Shown here piece after piece: positions 58,893-64,000 of a stretch of 64,000 nt of DNA. The notes under the pieces were generated by a model. That model was not told where the DNA came from. It made no database searches and worked only from the letters and a program-made list of their open reading frames with translations. The translations under genes and the position numbers were made by a program. Each line of letters begins with the position of its first letter. Position 1 is the stretch's first letter. The stretch comes from the human T2T-CHM13v2.0 reference genome, Homo sapiens, in the NCBI GenBank assembly GCA_009914755.4, contig CP068257.2, positions 40,992,001 to 41,056,000 on the forward strand, read 5' to 3'.

Positions 58893-59803
58893 TACATACA
58901 CACATATACACGCACACACCCACCACACACACACACCATGCACATGCACATCACACACACGCACACACCATGCACACACACCACACACGTACACACCATG
59001 CACATCACACACAAGCACACCACACACACCAAGCACACGCACATCATACACATGCACACACACCACACACACCACACACCACACACACGCACATCCCACA
59101 CCATGCACACACACACCACGCACACGCACTGCACACACATGCACACACCATGCACACGCACATCACACACTTGTACACACCAGGCACATCACACACAAGA
59201 ACGCACACCACACACAAGGACACACACCACACACACACACCAAGCACACACACACCACACACACGCACACACACGCACACACCCACCACACACCACACAC
59301 ATGCACATCACACACGTACACACCACACACAGCACACACAAAAACACACCACACACACCATGCACATGCACATCACACACATGCACACCACGCACACGCA
59401 CATCACATGCACACGCCACGCGCCTCACACACAAGAACACACACCACACACACGCACACCACACACACGCACATATCACACACATGCACATCACATACAT
59501 GCACACACCACACTTACACACATGCACATCACACACAAGAATGCACACCACATACACGCACATCACACACATGCACACACCACACATGCACATCACACAC
59601 CTGCATATACATCACACACACATCACACACATCCACATGCACCACACCCACCACACACATGCACGCACCTACCACACATGCATATCACACACATGCACAC
59701 ACACCACACACAAGCACATCACAAACACCACACAGGCACATCACACACATACATACACACCGCGCACACATCACACACATGCACACACACCACACACGCA
59801 CAG
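58893..59803 (+). repeat. About 0.9 kb CA-rich degenerate tract (cacacaccatgcacatgcacatcacac units) in intron 1
   Basis: Continuous C+A-rich sequence. It is the source of the 300-450-aa His/Thr-rich artefact ORFs at 58652-60215. Confidence 0.95.
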
Positions 59804-62554
59804 TATGAAGATGACAGAGAAGTCAGCAGAGCCCCTGGGGGTTTCAGGAGTTGAGTGGGGACGAGGCAGGTGGCCACACAGCTCGGAGGGAGGGCAGAAG
59901 GCACCCGTCTTCGCAGAGTCACAGTGGGGCTTGCCTCCTATACGTGCCGGAAGGGTGAAGCCCCTTATCTCATTGCCCGATGTGATGAGGTTTGAAGTGG
60001 TTGAGCTTGGAGGGTATGGGCTGAGCCCACAGCAGACAGGCCTGGCAGTGCCCCCCGTCTTCCCACCCTGCGGTCATGCAGCCCGACTCTTGGGGGCGGG
60101 GTGCCACCGTGATGTGCCGTCACTTGCAGCAGTATGTCCTCATGCCAGGCTGAGACCAGCACTGTGTGACCAGCCTGCCCCATGTCCCTCAGCGCTGTGT
60201 CACACTCCACACTGAGGCCCCACTGAAGCATGCCAGGCCCCATCCTATTTCTTCCAGGTAGTCGTCTGCCCAGCACCTCCCCTCCCAGGCCTTGCCCTAA
60301 AGCCCAGGCCTCTCAGCATCCAGGACTCTGGAATCTCCCAGGTGTTGATGGCTGAGGTCATCAGCTGGATGCCAGGACACCCAGGATGCTCCAGGTCCTT
60401 GCTGGGGTCTGGAGTTTGTGATTCAGCCTCAGTCCCTGTGGTGAGTCCACCATGTGTCCTCAGACAATGGATCAGAGAGCCCCCAGAGGACGGCCCGGGG
60501 CCGAGTCGGGTCCAGATGCCAAAGGGGCTTCTCGAGGCATCTCCAGCTCCCACCTGCCCCTCGGAGTGCCAGGCTTGGCTTCTGGAAGAGAAAGCTGGGG
60601 GTTTAGTGACTCCAGCCAACTGCTGTGAGCCCAAGGCATCAAACTAAAAATAGCGAGGCCAAGAGGGAGTCTTTGTGTTCGGCTCAGTGGGCAATGGTGC
60701 CTCACCTCGCAGCATGACACAGGGCTGATGACACGGGGCACGTTGGTCACAAAGTGCCAGTCTCAGCCTGGCACAGGGACGTGCCACCTGCAGGTGATGA
60801 CACATCACAGTGGCAGCCGCTCCTGATGGTGCTGCTGCATTGAGTAGGAGCCCAGATCCAGGGAGACAGTTGCAGCAGATGAGGCAGGAGGCCAGCGAGG
60901 GGTTCTACCTGCTTTCCGGGCTGGCCTCTGCATGGACACAAAGCAGAAAGGGCATAAAGGTGACCCTGGCCACCAAAGCAGACCTGGAGCAAACTGGACC
61001 AGCGCAAGGCCCCGGTGCCAGCACTCAGAGACATTTCTTTTCTGGCAGGAAATTTGTGCTTCATTTTCTAATGAAATTCCAAGGCAATCAAAAGGCAAGG
61101 AAAGAGGAGGGAAAGGAAGGGAGGGAGGGAGGGGGTTCCATTCCCATCCGAATGGAAGCCCCCAAGGCTTCTGTAGCTCCCCCCATCACCAACTTCACTC
61201 ACCACTCTTATCTGATGCCTCCTATTTGGGTACACACGGCCGGGTCGGCCTTGCGAGAGACTCAGTTTCCTCTCGACTTCCGCCCGCCTGCACTGTCACC
61301 ACGTCCTGCCATTGACCTCTGTTCATCCACTCATGGTCACTGCTGTGAGTTGAATTGTGTCTCCCAAAAAAGTGGATTTCTGTGCTAACCTGTGAATGTC
61401 CCGTTAGTTGGAAATAGGGTATTTGCAGACATAATCACATCAAGATGAGGTCATACTGCATTGGGATGGGCCTCAAGCCCATATGCCCGCCATCCTTCTA
61501 AGGAGAGGGAAAGGCAGACACACATTTGTCCATGGAAATGAGAACGGAAGACGTAGAGACAGAATCAGGCCATGTAAAGACAGACTCAGAGACCAGAGTG
61601 ATGCATGTACAAGCCAGGCTCTGCGGGCAGCCCCTAGAAGCTGGAAGAGGCAAGCCTCCTCCCTGGAGTCCTGGGAAGGAGCCAGCCCCGCCCATGCCTC
61701 GAGCTCAGGCTTCAGGCCTCCGGAGCCAAGAGAGATAAACCTCTGTGGTTTCATGTCACCCAGTTTGTGGTCTTTGTTATAGCAGCCCCAGGACACTCAG
61801 GGGGTTGCCTTGTCCACCCCCATCCTGGCCCTCTGAGGGACTGGTTGGCTCTTAGAAGACCGTTCAACCTGCCCTCTGGTCCTCCTCCCCCACCCAGAGA
61901 CCCCTGGCTACACCCTGCCCAAGGGAGCTCACCAAAGCCCACAGGGTCCCTGTGATCTTGTCACCTGGGCTCCCACAGGCCAGCAGTGTTGGAACCTGGA
62001 CATCTGGCTCCAGCCTTGGTGGCCACCCCCGACCTTGCTCTGCTCCTACAGCTCCCGGCCTTCCCTGCCCTGGCCGGCCCTTGCTGAATGTCCCCGCTCC
62101 TAGGAAGCCGGATGTGTCGCGTGCAGGTGCCTCTCTGCACTGTAATAACTCCTCACCAGGCACCCTTGGAGCCCAGGATCAAGTCACTCACCTTCCAACC
62201 CTGCCCCTGCCCAGAGACTGGCACGAGAACCAGTAACAGTTGTTGAATAATGAACAATGGATGCATGCAGCTCACCCGTGAGAGGGCGTTGCTCGGCTGG
62301 GCCAGGGATGAAGCTTCTCCCGCGTGGCTCCACCGTCTATCCCTCAAGCTCCTGATGCTCCCCTGGGCACCTCTGCGCCATGAGGCCCCGTTGAAGTCAG
62401 TTGGGGAGGCAGTGTGGACCGTGAGAAGGGAGTCCTAAGCACAGGAAACGCTGCCTTCCTGGGGCCCTAAAGAACAGGCTCACCTTCCCCAAGGGCCTTC
62501 AGGCCCTGACATCTAAAAAGATGTTCTTTATCAAAGGGGAAAGCAGCCCTGGGG

Positions 62555-62670
62555 TGGGGGCGTGGCCACCAGTGCAGTGGGCGTGGCCACAACCGAGAGG
62601 GCGTGGTCATTCGTGCAGTGGGCGTGGTCATCAAGAAAGGGCGTGGCTGCAGCCGGAAGGGCGTGGCTAT
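62555..62670 (+). repeat. 20-bp-period tandem array of six GGGCGTGG(C/T) cores (reverse complement CCACGCCC, a GT-box/BTE-like Sp/KLF motif)
   Basis: ggggcgtggccacc agtgcagtgggcgtggccac aaccgagagggcgtggtcat tcgtgcagtgggcgtggtcatc aagaaagggcgtggctgc agccggaagggcgtggctatc. Cores sit at about 62559, 62579, 62599, 62620, 62639 and 62658. Confidence 0.9.
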
Positions 62671-64000
62671 CAGCTCCAGAAGGCCCTTCTTGCTGTCCTT
62701 GGACTTGGGTTCTCCTTGTCGACGAGGATCTCAGCTGGAGCTGCCAGGGGCAGGGCTGGCACCAAAGCACTTCTGAAGTCTCCCCGCCTCCCAAGTGTGA
62801 GGCTGTGGGGAAGGAGGGAGGGCAGCTGGCTTGTTTCTGGATGAGCCCATCTGACTCAGCAGCTGGGACCCAGCAGGAGCGCAGAGCAGGTCCTGAAGGT
62901 GCCGAGGCCCCACCCGCAGCTCCGTCTCAGCTTTGTGAGGGCTGCACTCCCCCGTGTGCATCCGGCGTCACAAAGGACCACAGGCCCGGCGGCCTCCACA
63001 GCAGACACCAAGGCCCTCGCGGTCTGAAGGCCGAATTCCCAGGTCAGGCTGCAGCAGGGCTGGTTCCTGAGGCCTCTCCTGGGCTGGCACCTCCTCCCCG
63101 TGTCCATGCAGGGCCGAGCCTCTGCATGTCTGTGTCCTCGGCGCCTCGTTTTACAAGGACATCTCATTTTAAAGGCCCGGTCTCCAAATAAGGTCATATC
63201 GTGAAGTGCTGGGGTCAGAACTACAGCATGAATTTTGACGGGACACAGTTCAGTCCATAGCACCCGCTTTGGGAAGTGGGAATGACCTCTCCCTTCCCCA
63301 TCTTCTGGCCTTTGTAACCCTAATGTGGGAAAGCAGGAGGGATCCAGAACGACATTGGGTCACCAAAGAGAGCATCGCAGCCCAAAAGGTTGAAAGGCGG
63401 CACCAAGGTCCCGCGCCTGGTGACCGCCGACTCGCCCTCCCGGGCTCCAGGCTGTCCCCACTCCCCCCCGCCCCAACCCCAGCATGTTGAGGCGCCTGGT
63501 CCCAACTGCCCATTCACTCCCTGTACACAGACTGCTTCTTTGTCCTCCAGCCAGGGGTGAAGGGCCATGCTGGCGAAACAGCAAACAACCCCAACATGCT
63601 TTGCAGCCTGGCCAACCACATGACCAGTTTGAGGAGGTTGGCTGGAGATCACAATGAGGAAGTTGGATGAGGGGGTCCAACTTCTAGCAGCCCATAAGCC
63701 TATCCATTCAGACACCAAATCCATGGAAAACAGAGAGACAATATACTGATTTTCAAAAGGGAGACATACCCCAGCAAGTACAGACCAGGGAACAGGGTGC
63801 TGACGTGGCCACAGTTCTTAAACTACTCGACTTCATGGATGGGGCACAGTTTTTTTTAAAGGAGGATTTAGAATTCTATTTGGCAGGTGGCATGAAAAAG
63901 AGTTTTGAATAGAAACACACCCCTCCCTCCCAGTTGCCTGCCCAGTATGTTTGTTTTGTTCTCTTGAAACAAAGGAAGAGAGTGGTGAGGAGGGAGGGAA

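Noticed and set aside
58652-60215. 400-448-aa ORFs (HTHTH... repeats) in PDE9A intron 1
   Set aside because: Same artefact: they sit in the 0.9-kb CA/CATG-rich tract at 58893-59803.
62562-63191. 209-aa ORF in intron 1, plus other 100-190-aa ORFs at 52693-53268, 53316-53849 and 54056-54652
   Set aside because: Stop-free stretches in GC-rich intronic sequence. They lack the codon structure and conservation of exons, and no family is recognised.

Overview
This window is human genomic DNA, not prokaryotic. It contains 18 Alu SINEs, many with poly-A tails and target-site duplications, plus MaLR/THE1-type LTRs, MIR fragments, and large micro- and minisatellite arrays. A strong CpG island at about 49.5-51.0 kb carries an ATG-initiated coding exon at 50265-50333 (+ strand). 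That exon translates to [23 protein letters not shown] and ends at a GT splice donor. From memory, this matches the N-terminus of cGMP-specific phosphodiesterase 9A (PDE9A, chr21q22.3). On that reading, positions 1-49,600 are the intergenic region upstream of PDE9A; I recall SLC37A1 being the upstream neighbour but cannot verify that here. Positions 50,334-64,000 would be the 5' part of PDE9A intron 1. I could not locate exon 2 in the window. I see no CRISPR array, operon, tRNA or rRNA gene, and no defence-system-like gene cluster; those concepts do not apply to this sequence.

Most long ORFs in the six-frame track are artefacts. They arise from stop-poor low-complexity repeats (CA-rich tracts, GATA/GATG arrays, a roughly 110-bp minisatellite, the GC-rich CpG island) or from Alu sequence. 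Observations worth a second look are listed in findings; all are within ordinary human genome biology, nothing system-level or novel.
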